The notes under the pieces were generated by a model that saw only the letters and a list, made by a program, of their open reading frames with translations, ran no database searches and was not told where the DNA came from. Shown here one piece after another: positions 1 through 8,938 of a stretch of DNA of 64,000 nt (position 1 is its first letter; each line of letters starts with the position of its first letter). This DNA comes from Sphingomonadaceae bacterium (GTDB lineage: Bacteria; Chloroflexota; UBA6077): positions 1 through 64,000 of the forward strand of contig JBLNDL010000057.1 in NCBI GenBank assembly GCA_050261575.1, given 5' to 3'. Made by a program: the position numbers and the translations under genes.

Positions 1-83
1 CACCTCCCGAGGCCCACAGTCTACCCGGAAGATGGCCACTTGTCCTCTCCCGCCACCCAGGCCCATCCCTTCCCATTCACCCA

Positions 84-977
84 TCAGGTGATGCCCCGAG
101 CGTCAATCCACGGATTGGGGAGCGACCCGAACGCTTGCAGGGCGACCCTGATCCCACCCGCGACCCGCTCGGCCCACCGCTTGACCTCGTCGGTCCCGAG
201 CAGCTCGTTGATCCGCTCGAGGCCGCTGGAGGCCATCTCGAAGAAGGGCTTGAATGCCGTGCTGGATAGGATGCCCAGGGTATCGAACAAAGTGGAGGTC
301 AGACCCTCCCAAGTCCCAGCCTGCCGCTCCATGGCCCCTTTGAATCGGTCGAGGTCCTTCTCCATGACAGCCCACACCTCGGATGCAGAGGCGCCCGCCT
401 CCTGGAGAGCCTCCATCTCGTTTCTCGCCTGCGGCGAGAGGACGGCGAGCTCCTGCAGTCGCATTGCCGCCTCGCCGAAGGGCCGGCCTGCCGCGATGCT
501 GGAGTAGGCCCGCCCGACCCAGAAGCCGAGCTCCTGGATACCGCTGCTGGTAGCGGCGGCGGCATCGCCGATCCTGCTCAGGTTCTCCCTTGTGTTCAGC
601 GCGGCTCCACCGAAGGTCTGGAGCATCCGGCTCGCGTCGATGATCGGCTGGGTCTCGAAGGGCGTCACCTTGGCGAAATCGAAGAGCATCTCCACGTGCT
701 CGCGGGCCGCGTCGGCGCTCCCCATCAGGGTCTCGAACTGCAACGTGGACTTCTGGAGGCTGGCGTTCATGCCGATGATGCCTCCGGAGACCGCCTCCGT
801 CACCTTACCAAAGGCAGACATGGCAACGTTGGCCACGACGAAGCCCGCGGCCGTCGAGACAGCCGAGTTGATGGCCGCCCCGAGGCCGCTCGCCGATTTC
901 GTTACCTGTTGGACCCCCTTGTCGTAGTCGGCGGCGTCGAGGCCCAGGTGGGCGACGAGGTTAGCGATGGTGGTCAT
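84..977 (-). CDS. Tail tape measure protein, N-terminal part (unusually short, 297 aa)
   Basis: Follows tail chaperones; typical tape-measure motifs (LQFETLMGSA, FAKVTPFE, MERQAGTWEGLTSTL). Confidence 0.85.
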   Translation of the reverse strand: MTTIANLVAHLGLDAADYDKGVQQVTKSASGLGAAINSAVSTAAGFVVANVAMSAFGKVTEAVSGGIIGMNASLQKSTLQFETLMGSADAAREHVEMLFDFAKVTPFETQPIIDASRMLQTFGGAALNTRENLSRIGDAAAATSSGIQELGFWVGRAYSSIAAGRPFGEAAMRLQELAVLSPQARNEMEALQEAGASASEVWAVMEKDLDRFKGAMERQAGTWEGLTSTLFDTLGILSSTAFKPFFEMASSGLERINELLGTDEVKRWAERVAGGIRVALQAFGSLPNPWIDARGIT

Positions 978-1270
978 GTTCCGGGTCTCCGCTTTCGAAG
1001 ATCCCGCCCCCCGAACGCGGCGTTGAGCATCTCGACGATCCCGAGCTGCTGCTCGACGCTCTGGGCTTCCTCGGGCCCGAACGCGGGCATGAAGTCGGAG
1101 GGCTTGAAGGGCTTAGACCCCTTGCGACGGTAGACGTTGGCGATGGTGGCGGCGACAATCGCCGCCCGTAGGTCCGCCCGTTCCTCCCCGAACGGCTCGA
1201 GCTTCGCGTACTCGATCCACTCGGTGAGCTCCCTCGAGGAGATCCTTGAGAGGAGCTCGGCGACTGTCAT
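974..1270 (-). CDS. Tail assembly chaperone, T (frameshift extension) part
   Basis: MTVAELL..ISSRELTEW..Y..LEPFGEERADLR motif; frame is open upstream to the slippery site. Confidence 0.85.
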   Translation of the reverse strand: MTVAELLSRISSRELTEWIEYAKLEPFGEERADLRAAIVAATIANVYRRKGSKPFKPSDFMPAFGPEEAQSVEQQLGIVEMLNAAFGGRDLRKRRPGT

Positions 1271-1284
1271 CCCGAGGGCGAGGG

Positions 1285-1692
1285 CTAGTCGGAAGTAGAA
1301 CCTCCGCTCGGATCGTCGTCGGAGTTTCCCGCCAGCTCCTCCGCGTCCTTATCGGAGATCCCAGAGAGCCTCGCCGCGACGTCGTAGACGCGGGCGAGGG
1401 CCTTCGCCGACTTCTTGCCCAACGCCTTGATGTCCTCTTCGGAGAACAGTGGGACGCCGCTCTCGGGGTCGACGACGGTCCTGGCGACGAGCTTGGCGCG
1501 GATGTTCTGGAGATTGACCGATCGATCCTTGCCTCGACCCTGGACGATCTCGGCCTCGAAGGCGTCGCGCTGCGCGCCTGTCATCCCTTGGACGCAGACC
1601 TTGCCGCCCCATTCCGGGACGGCGACGTCCTCCCGCATTATGTCGAAGGCCCCTAGGATCTCGTCGCGCGATAGATACTTGAGATCTCCCAT
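1285..1692 (-). CDS. Tail assembly chaperone G
   Basis: Lies between tail tube and tape measure genes; VPEWGG motif; GGGAAAC slippery site near 3' end. Confidence 0.85.
   Translation of the reverse strand: MGDLKYLSRDEILGAFDIMREDVAVPEWGGKVCVQGMTGAQRDAFEAEIVQGRGKDRSVNLQNIRAKLVARTVVDPESGVPLFSEEDIKALGKKSAKALARVYDVAARLSGISDKDAEELAGNSDDDPSGGSTSD
1324..1330 (-). promoter_or_regulatory. -1 programmed ribosomal frameshift heptamer G GGA AAC
   Basis: X XXY YYZ heptamer; the -1 frame reads KLRRRSERRFYFRLALALG directly into MTVAELL. Confidence 0.85.
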
Positions 1693-1771
1693 CGTTCTCT
1701 CTCCTGTTGGTTGATATGGGTCGGGGGCCGGAGGAGGTCCCTCCGGCCCCGGGTACTCGCTGCACCGTCGA

Positions 1772-2206
1772 CTAGGCCAGGGTCGGGGCCGAGGCGACCT
1801 TGAGGGTCACGTCGGCCGTGAGCTTCTCGCTACCGGCCGGCGCCGTCGGCTGGAACCCGGTCACGAAGGCTGCGAACGTCCAGGTCGTGTTGCCGACGTC
1901 GGGGAAGACGAGTTTGAAGTTGCGCTTCGTCCGGTTGGCCCAATCGCGGAGCAACCCGGTGGAGGGGTTGTGGGTCGCGTGGGTCGGGACGAAGTTGATC
2001 GAGAACGTGACCTCGCCGCTCCTCTTGATGCCGGCGATGATCTCCTCGTGATACGAGGGCGAGTCGTGGCTCGTGGCGTCGACGGTGTCCATGGACAGGC
2101 CGGGCCCCTGAATGTTGGTCACCTCGGCGATGGTGGTGAACTGTTCCGGCTCTCCCCCGTCGCCGATTTTCAACAACGTGCCGTGGGATCCGATCGCTTG
2201 AGTCAT
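1772..2206 (-). CDS. Major tail tube protein
   Basis: IAEVTNIQGPGLSMDTVDATSHDS...GIKRSGEVTFSINF...WTFAAFVTGF pattern; position in tail module. Confidence 0.9.
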   Translation of the reverse strand: MTQAIGSHGTLLKIGDGGEPEQFTTIAEVTNIQGPGLSMDTVDATSHDSPSYHEEIIAGIKRSGEVTFSINFVPTHATHNPSTGLLRDWANRTKRNFKLVFPDVGNTTWTFAAFVTGFQPTAPAGSEKLTADVTLKVASAPTLA

Positions 2207-2238
2207 GAGAGGCGGGTCTCCTTTCCGAGAGTGTCAGG

Positions 2239-2598
2239 CTATTTGTAGCTCTCCGGGAGCCGGAGAATGGCGAACAGGATCTCCGCGTGATCGGCCTCCA
2301 GGTAGAGCCGCCCGTCGGACTGCATCCAGCCGTCGAGAGCCAGGGGGCCGAATACTCGATACTCGCCAGCCGGGATCTGATGGGCGGTGATGTCGCCGGT
2401 CCGCTTGTATGGGTCCTGAGCGGAAGTCAGCGTGATCGTGTGGGCGACGGCCCCCGAGTTGTAGGCGAGGACGATCTCCCGCCCCGTCAGGGTAACCTGG
2501 TTCTTATTGGCCACATCGGCGGCCGTCCAGGTCAGGGCCGCCGGGTTGACCCCGTAGCATCCGGGGGCATTGATGGGCGTTAGGTCGGTGCGGGCCAT
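2239..2598 (-). CDS. Phage virion-module protein, function unknown
   Basis: RBS GGAGGG, co-oriented ORF with plausible beta-rich sequence. Confidence 0.7.
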   Translation of the reverse strand: MARTDLTPINAPGCYGVNPAALTWTAADVANKNQVTLTGREIVLAYNSGAVAHTITLTSAQDPYKRTGDITAHQIPAGEYRVFGPLALDGWMQSDGRLYLEADHAEILFAILRLPESYK

Positions 2599-2607
2599 CT
2601 GTCCCTC

Positions 2608-2889
2608 CTAGCTCAGTCTGTTTCCGAACCGATCGTAGATCGGTGGCGTCGGCGGTCTCGGTGGAGGGGGCGGGGGCCCGTGCCGCTCGAGGTAGTGCGC
2701 GTCCATCGCCTCCTCCCCGTCAAGGGTGTCGAAGGCGCAGAGGACGCACTCCAGGCGCCGGATCCCGTTCCATGAAGAGACCCTGTATCGCTCGGGTTCG
2801 GCTGGCGGCTCGGCCTTGACCTCCACGGCAGGTCCCGCGGCCTCGACCTCGGGACCTGCCGGTGCCCCCTCGGGCTTGCGCTTGCTCAT
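2608..2889 (-). CDS. Small phage protein with C2H2-like motif
   Basis: RBS AAGGAGG; CVLC...HYLERH; Pro-rich tail. Confidence 0.65.
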   Translation of the reverse strand: MSKRKPEGAPAGPEVEAAGPAVEVKAEPPAEPERYRVSSWNGIRRLECVLCAFDTLDGEEAMDAHYLERHGPPPPPPRPPTPPIYDRFGNRLS

Positions 2890-2901
2890 GGATCCTCCTT
2901 C

Positions 2902-3300
2902 CTAGGCCGAGACCGCTTTCTCGACCTGGTAGTTGCAGACGTATCGGGGCCGGCCGTTGCCGTCGGCCCCCAACGGGAACGGCGACTGGAGGGGGTAGAC
3001 CCCCAGGTACCAGGTCCCCGAAAGGGCCTGGTTGCGGATCCCCACCAGGACGGCGTTGACCTGCTCGGCCCGGGCCCTGGCGGCGGGTTCCGTCTCGGCA
3101 CGGGCGACCAGTTGGAACCGGCGACGCTCGGTGTTGACCCCCGGGGCCCCGTGGGCGAAGGTGGGTTGCTCCCCCCCGTACTCGGTCAGGGCGACGGCGG
3201 CCGCGGGCTCGTCGGGCAGGCCCGCCAGGAACAGGTCGACCCCCAGGGTCCCGACCCCCATGGCCTCCAGGTAGGCACCGAGCTCGTCGGTCATGCTCAT
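2902..3300 (-). CDS. Tail terminator / minor capsid family protein
   Basis: Position after gp10-like gene; LQSPFPLGADGNGRPRYVCNY motif. Confidence 0.75.
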   Translation of the reverse strand: MSMTDELGAYLEAMGVGTLGVDLFLAGLPDEPAAAVALTEYGGEQPTFAHGAPGVNTERRRFQLVARAETEPAARARAEQVNAVLVGIRNQALSGTWYLGVYPLQSPFPLGADGNGRPRYVCNYQVEKAVSA

Positions 3301-3303
3301 GGG

Positions 3304-3714
3304 CTACATTCCCGCCTTGATATAGTTGGCCAGGCGGTTCGCCATGCCGGGGGCGGCCGCCAGGATCGGCTTCTCCAGGTACTTGGGCCCCGTTCCGGGG
3401 ATGCTCCAGTGGACCTTGGGGTCGAGCCACTCGTGGACGATCAGGGCGTAGTCGGCGGCCGGCCCCCCATAGCCCATCTCGACGTCGACCTTCTTCCCCT
3501 GGATCTTGGGCGGCTGGACGTGGCCGCTGTTGTAGAGGTTGCCGAGGTCCTTCGGGCAGTAGTTCTCCTTGGAGTCGGTCATGATCGCCTCGGCCTCGTG
3601 GTAGAGCGCCGTAGCGGCCAGCTTGAGGGCCCGCTCGCCCCCGCTCTTCAGGGCCTTCTCGAGGGCCCCGATGCCGGTGAGCCTGACCACGACCTTGGCC
3701 GGTGAGCTCGCCAT
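3304..3714 (-). CDS. HK97 gp10-like tail completion protein
   Basis: CPKDLGNLYNSG...YALIVHE...KYLEKP pattern. Confidence 0.8.
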   Translation of the reverse strand: MASSPAKVVVRLTGIGALEKALKSGGERALKLAATALYHEAEAIMTDSKENYCPKDLGNLYNSGHVQPPKIQGKKVDVEMGYGGPAADYALIVHEWLDPKVHWSIPGTGPKYLEKPILAAAPGMANRLANYIKAGM

Positions 3715-3723
3715 GGTGACCTC

Positions 3724-4041
3724 CTAGGTGTAGAGAACCGTGTGGTGCGCGCCGGATTCGTCCGGATACGACCCGACCGCCAGGATGACGGGCCTCGACC
3801 CGTCGGGCAGGGTGAGCCGATCGAAGGGCGAGACGACCGCAGCGGCCCCGAGGGTTATCGTCTTGGTCGAGACCCTCTCGCTTCCGGCCGAGTCGGTGAC
3901 CCTCCGGATCCGCCCGACGATCCGGGCCTTGTACTGAACAGCGGCGCCATAGAGCGCCTCGCCGTATGCGTTGACACCCGTTCGGGGTTCTATGGCTACA
4001 GTCTCGGTCATGAGAGCGAGGAGCTCGGGGTCGATCCCCAT
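3724..4041 (-). CDS. Head closure (head-tail joining) protein
   Basis: Start MGIDPELL overlaps upstream stop (TGATG); NAYGE, DRLTLPDG motifs; position. Confidence 0.75.
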   Translation of the reverse strand: MGIDPELLALMTETVAIEPRTGVNAYGEALYGAAVQYKARIVGRIRRVTDSAGSERVSTKTITLGAAAVVSPFDRLTLPDGSRPVILAVGSYPDESGAHHTVLYT

Positions 4042-4484
4042 CAGACCCGGTCCTCCCAGTAGTTGTCTCCCGTCGCCGGATCCGACGGGTACGTGTGGAG
4101 ATCCCTCGAGAACGCCGGCTCGACCCGGTCGCCATCCTCGGCCCGGGCCTCCTTGTCGCTCCTGGAGATCGCGCCCGCCCAAGGGGTCGCCCCCTTGCGG
4201 AGCTGCTTGCGGAGGCGGGCGACCGTCTCCCTGTACTGGCGGTGTCGGTCGGAGGCGTCGATCCGGAGATCCCCGACCTGCTTGTTGACCTGGCGGGCCA
4301 GGCGGTCGAGGATCCTCTCCGCGCCGGCGACCGCGGCCCGAAGCACAGACCCCTCCGACGCGAGGAGGTAGGCGATCTCCTCGTCGGAGAGGGAGACCCC
4401 GGCGAGCTCGGCGGTGTCGCCGACCAGGAACCGGACCCGGTCGCGGTCCGAGGTGCCGGGGTCGCCGGAGTAGGTGAACGTCAT
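4041..4484 (-). CDS. Head-tail connector (adaptor) protein
   Basis: MTFTYSGDP..DRVRFLVGDT..LSDEEI pattern; position. Confidence 0.75.
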   Translation of the reverse strand: MTFTYSGDPGTSDRDRVRFLVGDTAELAGVSLSDEEIAYLLASEGSVLRAAVAGAERILDRLARQVNKQVGDLRIDASDRHRQYRETVARLRKQLRKGATPWAGAISRSDKEARAEDGDRVEPAFSRDLHTYPSDPATGDNYWEDRV

Positions 4485-4804
4485 GGGTTAGCCTCCGGAT
4501 CCGCCGGCGAGTTAGCGGGGTTGCCCTTGGGCCCGAGGATCCCGATCGGCTGCTGGACCTTGTAAAGGCCGATGGAACTGGCGCCGGCGATGAGGCCCGT
4601 CAGGAACCCGTCGAACAGGACGATCGGGGTGAGGGTCCCGGCGGTCAGATGGACGGCCAGGGTCGCCCCGTCGACGACGACGATCCCCATCAGAAGGGCG
4701 ACCCTCGGGATCCACTCCTCGGGTAGCGCCCCCTTGATGACCTGGACAAGTATTGAGACCAGAACGGCGGCCCCGCCGACAGTCATGGCGTCGTTAGCGG
4801 TCAT
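4481..4804 (-). CDS. Putative holin (three hydrophobic segments)
   Basis: LVQVIK..LPEEWIP..LLMG..GLIAGASSIGLY holin-like pattern; ATGA-coupled start. Confidence 0.7.
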   Translation of the reverse strand: MTANDAMTVGGAAVLVSILVQVIKGALPEEWIPRVALLMGIVVVDGATLAVHLTAGTLTPIVLFDGFLTGLIAGASSIGLYKVQQPIGILGPKGNPANSPADPEANP

Positions 4805-5112
4805 GATGGAACTCCCTCCCTGCCTTCTCGCATCGAAACGTTCATGGCGGTTAGCGGGCATTCCCGCCCGTGCTTGTGTTGTTGCTCCAGGACCAGGAGG
4901 CGGTCGTCCATCTTGCCCATTCGCACCGAGAGATCCTTCTGGCTGGAGACAACCTCCTTCATGGTGGCTGCGAACTCGGCTAGGGCCTGGGAGTTCTGCT
5001 GGATGACTTCCAGCAGCCGCGGGTTGATGTCCTTGTAGGCAAGCCAGACCAAGTAGAACGCAACGGCAGCGAACCCGAACTGGGCCAACGCCATCATCAT
5101 CTCGACGCTCAT
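4801..5112 (-). CDS. Single-TM plus coiled-coil protein, BhlA/UviB-like holin candidate
   Basis: AQFGFAAVAFYLVW N-terminal TM followed by coiled coil. Confidence 0.55.
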   Translation of the reverse strand: MSVEMMMALAQFGFAAVAFYLVWLAYKDINPRLLEVIQQNSQALAEFAATMKEVVSSQKDLSVRMGKMDDRLLVLEQQHKHGRECPLTAMNVSMREGREGVPS

Positions 5113-5119
5113 ACGGACC

Positions 5120-5404
5120 TCACCTCTGTTTGCCGGGCCTGTGACCGGTCCGGTGCGAGTTGGAACGCCGTCCTTGGGCGGCTGGGGTGGCGGAAGCCGC
5201 AGCTACCGCCGGCCTCTCCTGGGGCTCATCGGCCGCCGGCGCCTTCTCGGGTGGGCTTGGCTCGGCCTGGACGTCGGGGACCTCCTCGATCCATCCGAGG
5301 TTGATGTAAGACCTCAGGTTGGGCCAGGTGGCCGCCTCCGGAACGGGGTCGCCGTAGTGGACCGTCCGGGTCCCGAGATCGAGAACTCGCTTGGCGACGA
5401 ACAT
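5120..5404 (-). CDS. Hypothetical phage protein
   Basis: RBS GAGGAGGAG before MFVAKR; follows capsid gene. Confidence 0.65.
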   Translation of the reverse strand: MFVAKRVLDLGTRTVHYGDPVPEAATWPNLRSYINLGWIEEVPDVQAEPSPPEKAPAADEPQERPAVAAASATPAAQGRRSNSHRTGHRPGKQR

Positions 5405-5434
5405 CGGCTTACTCCTCCTCGTAAGGGGCCGACA

Positions 5435-5470
5435 GGCCGCCGGCGCCGCCGTCGAGAGGCGCCGGCGGCC
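5435..5470 (-). terminator. GC-rich 13-bp hairpin after major capsid gene (stabiliser or attenuator)
   Basis: ggccgccggcgcc / ggcgccggcggcc inverted repeat; no U-tract. Confidence 0.4.
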
Positions 5471-5493
5471 CCGCAAATCGGCAGGCCTGCTCA

Positions 5494-6471
5494 CTAGGCG
5501 ATGACTCCGGAGAAGAACACGGCCAGGTCAGAGGCAATGACCTTCATGTCGAAGGCCATCTCACCCTCGACCCGCTCGGATTTCGAGTGTTCCATCCGGA
5601 AATTCGTGATGCGGTTCCCCTGGGGACCGGCTCCCAGGTACCCCGTCCACGAGAAGGTGTACCCGGCGGATGGCTGCATCAGGCTCGGGCTCGGCGCCGC
5701 GTAGCACAGGAGGGCGTTCTTGCCGTACATGAACGCCATCGAGTCCGCCGCCCCCTCGGCCGCGGTATTCTCGACCCCACCGGGCACCAGTACTCGATCG
5801 ACCTCGAAGAGGGCAGCCAGGAGCTCACGAGTGACGATCCCCCGCTGCGTGTACTGGATCCGGCCGAGGATGTCGGCATGGTCGCAGAGGACGTCGTAGA
5901 CCGTCGGCCCGAGTACCAGGGTGTTCGGACGGAAACCGGTGAGCCGCTGGATCTCGCGAGAGTAGGTCCTGATATCCTTAATGGGGGTCGAGCCAGCGAC
6001 CGACCATTGAAGGACCTGACCCGCAGCCGGGTTCGCGGCGACGCCGGCCACATCGGTGGCCCAGATGCCGGCCGCAAAGTAGTTGGCAACCCATATCTTC
6101 TCGCGCAGCAGGAGGAGTTGGCGGGTTACGAACTTGGTGGCCTCGGCATCTACGTTGAGAGGCGCCTGCTGATTAGCCCTAACCGAGTCCGGTATGTCCT
6201 TGTGATGGGCGTAGACACGGCAGAAGTACGGTGGTGCGGTCGAGACCGTGTAGCCGGAGCCCGCCGACTCGGTCCCGGGTGCCCGCTCTTTCGCCTCCGA
6301 TCGGAACCATTCGCCCTTCGGGAAAGTGAAGTAGACGTCCGACTGAGCCTCGACGGGGACGTTGGGGAAGACCTGAGCTGCGATGAACTCCCGATCGTCC
6401 TGCATGTAGGCGATCGAGATGTTGGTTAGTGGCTTATTGACGTGGACGTCGCTCGGGAGCGGATTCTGCAT
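5494..6471 (-). CDS. Major capsid protein
   Basis: 325 aa; HVNKPLTNISIAY..FIAAQVFPNVPV..TGFRPNTLVLG; follows protease and decoration genes. Confidence 0.92.
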   Translation of the reverse strand: MQNPLPSDVHVNKPLTNISIAYMQDDREFIAAQVFPNVPVEAQSDVYFTFPKGEWFRSEAKERAPGTESAGSGYTVSTAPPYFCRVYAHHKDIPDSVRANQQAPLNVDAEATKFVTRQLLLLREKIWVANYFAAGIWATDVAGVAANPAAGQVLQWSVAGSTPIKDIRTYSREIQRLTGFRPNTLVLGPTVYDVLCDHADILGRIQYTQRGIVTRELLAALFEVDRVLVPGGVENTAAEGAADSMAFMYGKNALLCYAAPSPSLMQPSAGYTFSWTGYLGAGPQGNRITNFRMEHSKSERVEGEMAFDMKVIASDLAVFFSGVIA

Positions 6472-6509
6472 GGGTTGAGATCCTCCGTTTCGTCAAGCTG
6501 AGATCGCGA

Positions 6510-6938
6510 CTAGGCCGCGGTCGTCGGAACGGCCCCCAGGTGCAGCAGCAAGACCGAGAAGATGACCCCGTCGGCGCCCGCGGGGGTGACCGCGACGCCG
6601 ATAACGTGGGACCCGATCAGGGGATCCGCCGCGGCGCCGGCGTCGGAGGTATCCGTCTTCCCCTTGACCGCGGCCTTCGCCTTGCCGCTGGCGTCAACGG
6701 CGATCAGGTCGCCCTCGTCGATCGCGGCGCCGGCGACCATCTTGGAGATCCCGGAGACCATGACGGTCGCGGCCTGGCCAGCGGCCGGCTTGTTCTGGAG
6801 GATCCCGATCGCCGGTTCCCCCGCGCCGGCGAGGGCGACCTTGCCGTTTCCATCGATCTTGACGGCGTGATACTGGTTCGCCGAGAGGTTGGCCGCGGCA
6901 AGCAGGCTGATTTGCTTTCCGGCGTCTTCGTAAGCCAT
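6510..6938 (-). CDS. Capsid decoration/cement protein (DUF2190-like)
   Basis: Ala/Gly-rich; IGILQNKPAAGQAATV..G..AGAAI..GD..DASGKA pattern. Confidence 0.8.
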   Translation of the reverse strand: MAYEDAGKQISLLAAANLSANQYHAVKIDGNGKVALAGAGEPAIGILQNKPAAGQAATVMVSGISKMVAGAAIDEGDLIAVDASGKAKAAVKGKTDTSDAGAAADPLIGSHVIGVAVTPAGADGVIFSVLLLHLGAVPTTAA

Positions 6939-6970
6939 TGGTCATTCCTCCTGGTTGATTGGTCTCCGGC

Positions 6971-8884
6971 CTACCGCTCGGAGAGGTACTTCCGGTACAA
7001 CTCGGGGTGTTCGGAGACGACCTCCGCGTAGGCCTGAGCGTGGCTGAGCTTCCCAGCGCTGTCCTCGGCCCTCTTCCGGGCCATGGCTTCCAGTTGGGCC
7101 TCCGCGGAACTGGGCGCTGGCCCGCTGGTCCCGTGGACCTTGAAGGTTTCGGAGGTGGCGATCCTCTCGGCCTCGGCCCGCTTGTCCTCGATGTACTGCC
7201 TGACCTCCTCGCTGTCCTCGCCGAAAGCGGTCGCAAGCTTCATGAGGAAGCCGACGTGCTTGGCGGGGTCGCCGACGAACCTTCGGGTCCCCTCCTGCCG
7301 GCCGAGGACGATATCCTCGAAGCGCTTGCGGCGGGCCTCGGTCTCCATTGCAGCGATCCGCTCGGCGGCCTTCTTGGCTTCGGTCTCGGCGGCCTCCCTG
7401 GCCGAGGTCTCGGCCGCGAGCTTGCTCTCGAGCTCGGAAAACCGGCGAGCGACCTCCTCGCTCATCTGGAGAGGGGTATCCTGAGTCGTGTCCTTGTCTC
7501 CCATGTCCTCTACTCCTTCCCGTGTATTGGCGGGTGTTAGCGGCGTGAGATCGGCCGAGCCGGGCTCGGCCATCAGGAGGGAGCCCTCCGAGGCCTGGGC
7601 GATCGACCGGAGAGCCTTGTCCTTGAAGAACGGGCGGGTGACCAGGGCGGCCCCGATCAGGACGTCCTTATAGACGGTCCCGTCGACGGGGTCAGTCCAG
7701 GAGTCGAACCACTCGGGGGAGACGTAGCGGAAGCGGTCCTCCTCGAGCATCGTCTTCCCCCGCTCGGTCCACTCGACCCTGCCGTCTGCGGACCCGTCTT
7801 CGTTGAGACGCATCTCCCGGATCCAGCCGAGGGCGCCCGAGACCTTGGTCTCGTGCTCGGCGTCGATCGGGACCCCTTCCTGCTGGTAGATCCCCTTGTT
7901 GAGGTTGTCGACGAACCGCTCGTTGCGCTTGCGGGTGATCTTCACCTCCCCGTACACCGGGTGCTTGTACGTCCCCGGCTTGGGCAGGATCGGCAACCAC
8001 TCGGGGGCCTCGACGAAGGAGCGGACCTCCAGGAACAGACGGGCGCCAGCGCCGTCGGCGCATAGGTCGGCGATCTCGCCCGAGCATACGGACCTGTCCT
8101 TGTCCATGGGCATCTCCTTGTCGTTGGCTGCCCGGTCGCCCTCGGCTTTGGCCTTGGCATCCCGGATTCGCTCCGCCCGGGCGAGACCGCCCGCGTGGGC
8201 TCTCGCCTTCCGGACCGCCTCCTGGTAGTCCTCCTCGGAGAGGTCGCCGTCCTTGATCGCGGCCTTGATGAGCTCCTTGAGCTTCGACAGGAACGCGGCC
8301 GACGGGTAGCCCGCGGCCTCGGAGGCGCGAACGTAGGCGATCCGGACCTCCACCGGATCCCCCAGGATCGCCCGAGCGGGGTCGCTGGTCTGGTCGATGG
8401 TGTAGGTCCGAGACCAGAGGGCCCCCTTCCAGTGATAGATGACGACCTCATCGCCGAGATCCTGGATCCAGGGGTATTCGTAGGTGGCGGCGGACTCGAT
8501 GGGCTTGTGGATCTCCTCGATCGCCTGGGCGACGAGGCGCCGGCGTTCCTCGTGGGTGAGCCCGAGGACCACGACCTCGGCGCCCGCCTTCCTCTCCCGG
8601 ATCGACTCGGGCATCTCGTCAGGATCGGCGTCCGGGTGGGTCTGCCGCCAGAGGGTCCGGAGCTTCCTCCTGACAGAGGGGAGATCATCGTCAGGGATCT
8701 CGACCTTGTTCCCGCGGTAGTTGGTGAGGGCCGCGATCGCCCGCCCGACCTGCGCCGCGGTGATCCGTTTCTCTCCGTCGACGTACTCGGCGATCCGCAG
8801 TTTCCAGTGAGAGGGGACGTCGTCGGGCGTGTAGGCGTAGTCCCCTTTCTTGTAGGTCTTGCCGTCCTCGGTCCTCGTGGGCAT
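6971..8884 (-). CDS. Mu I-like prohead protease/scaffold with long N-terminal extension
   Basis: PIDAEH..GALGWI..VEWTERG..FRYVSPEW..GAALVTRPFF protease motifs; coiled-coil C-terminus. Confidence 0.85.
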   Translation of the reverse strand: MPTRTEDGKTYKKGDYAYTPDDVPSHWKLRIAEYVDGEKRITAAQVGRAIAALTNYRGNKVEIPDDDLPSVRRKLRTLWRQTHPDADPDEMPESIRERKAGAEVVVLGLTHEERRRLVAQAIEEIHKPIESAATYEYPWIQDLGDEVVIYHWKGALWSRTYTIDQTSDPARAILGDPVEVRIAYVRASEAAGYPSAAFLSKLKELIKAAIKDGDLSEEDYQEAVRKARAHAGGLARAERIRDAKAKAEGDRAANDKEMPMDKDRSVCSGEIADLCADGAGARLFLEVRSFVEAPEWLPILPKPGTYKHPVYGEVKITRKRNERFVDNLNKGIYQQEGVPIDAEHETKVSGALGWIREMRLNEDGSADGRVEWTERGKTMLEEDRFRYVSPEWFDSWTDPVDGTVYKDVLIGAALVTRPFFKDKALRSIAQASEGSLLMAEPGSADLTPLTPANTREGVEDMGDKDTTQDTPLQMSEEVARRFSELESKLAAETSAREAAETEAKKAAERIAAMETEARRKRFEDIVLGRQEGTRRFVGDPAKHVGFLMKLATAFGEDSEEVRQYIEDKRAEAERIATSETFKVHGTSGPAPSSAEAQLEAMARKRAEDSAGKLSHAQAYAEVVSEHPELYRKYLSER

Positions 8885-8906
8885 CGAGCGCCTCCCTGGG
8901 CAAAGT

Positions 8907-8938
8907 AAAAAGGGCGGGCCAATAAGGTCCCGCCCTCT
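8907..8938 (-). terminator. Intrinsic-terminator-like hairpin just upstream of the protease gene
   Basis: Minus strand AGGGCGGG-loop-CCCGCCCT followed by TTT. Confidence 0.5.
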
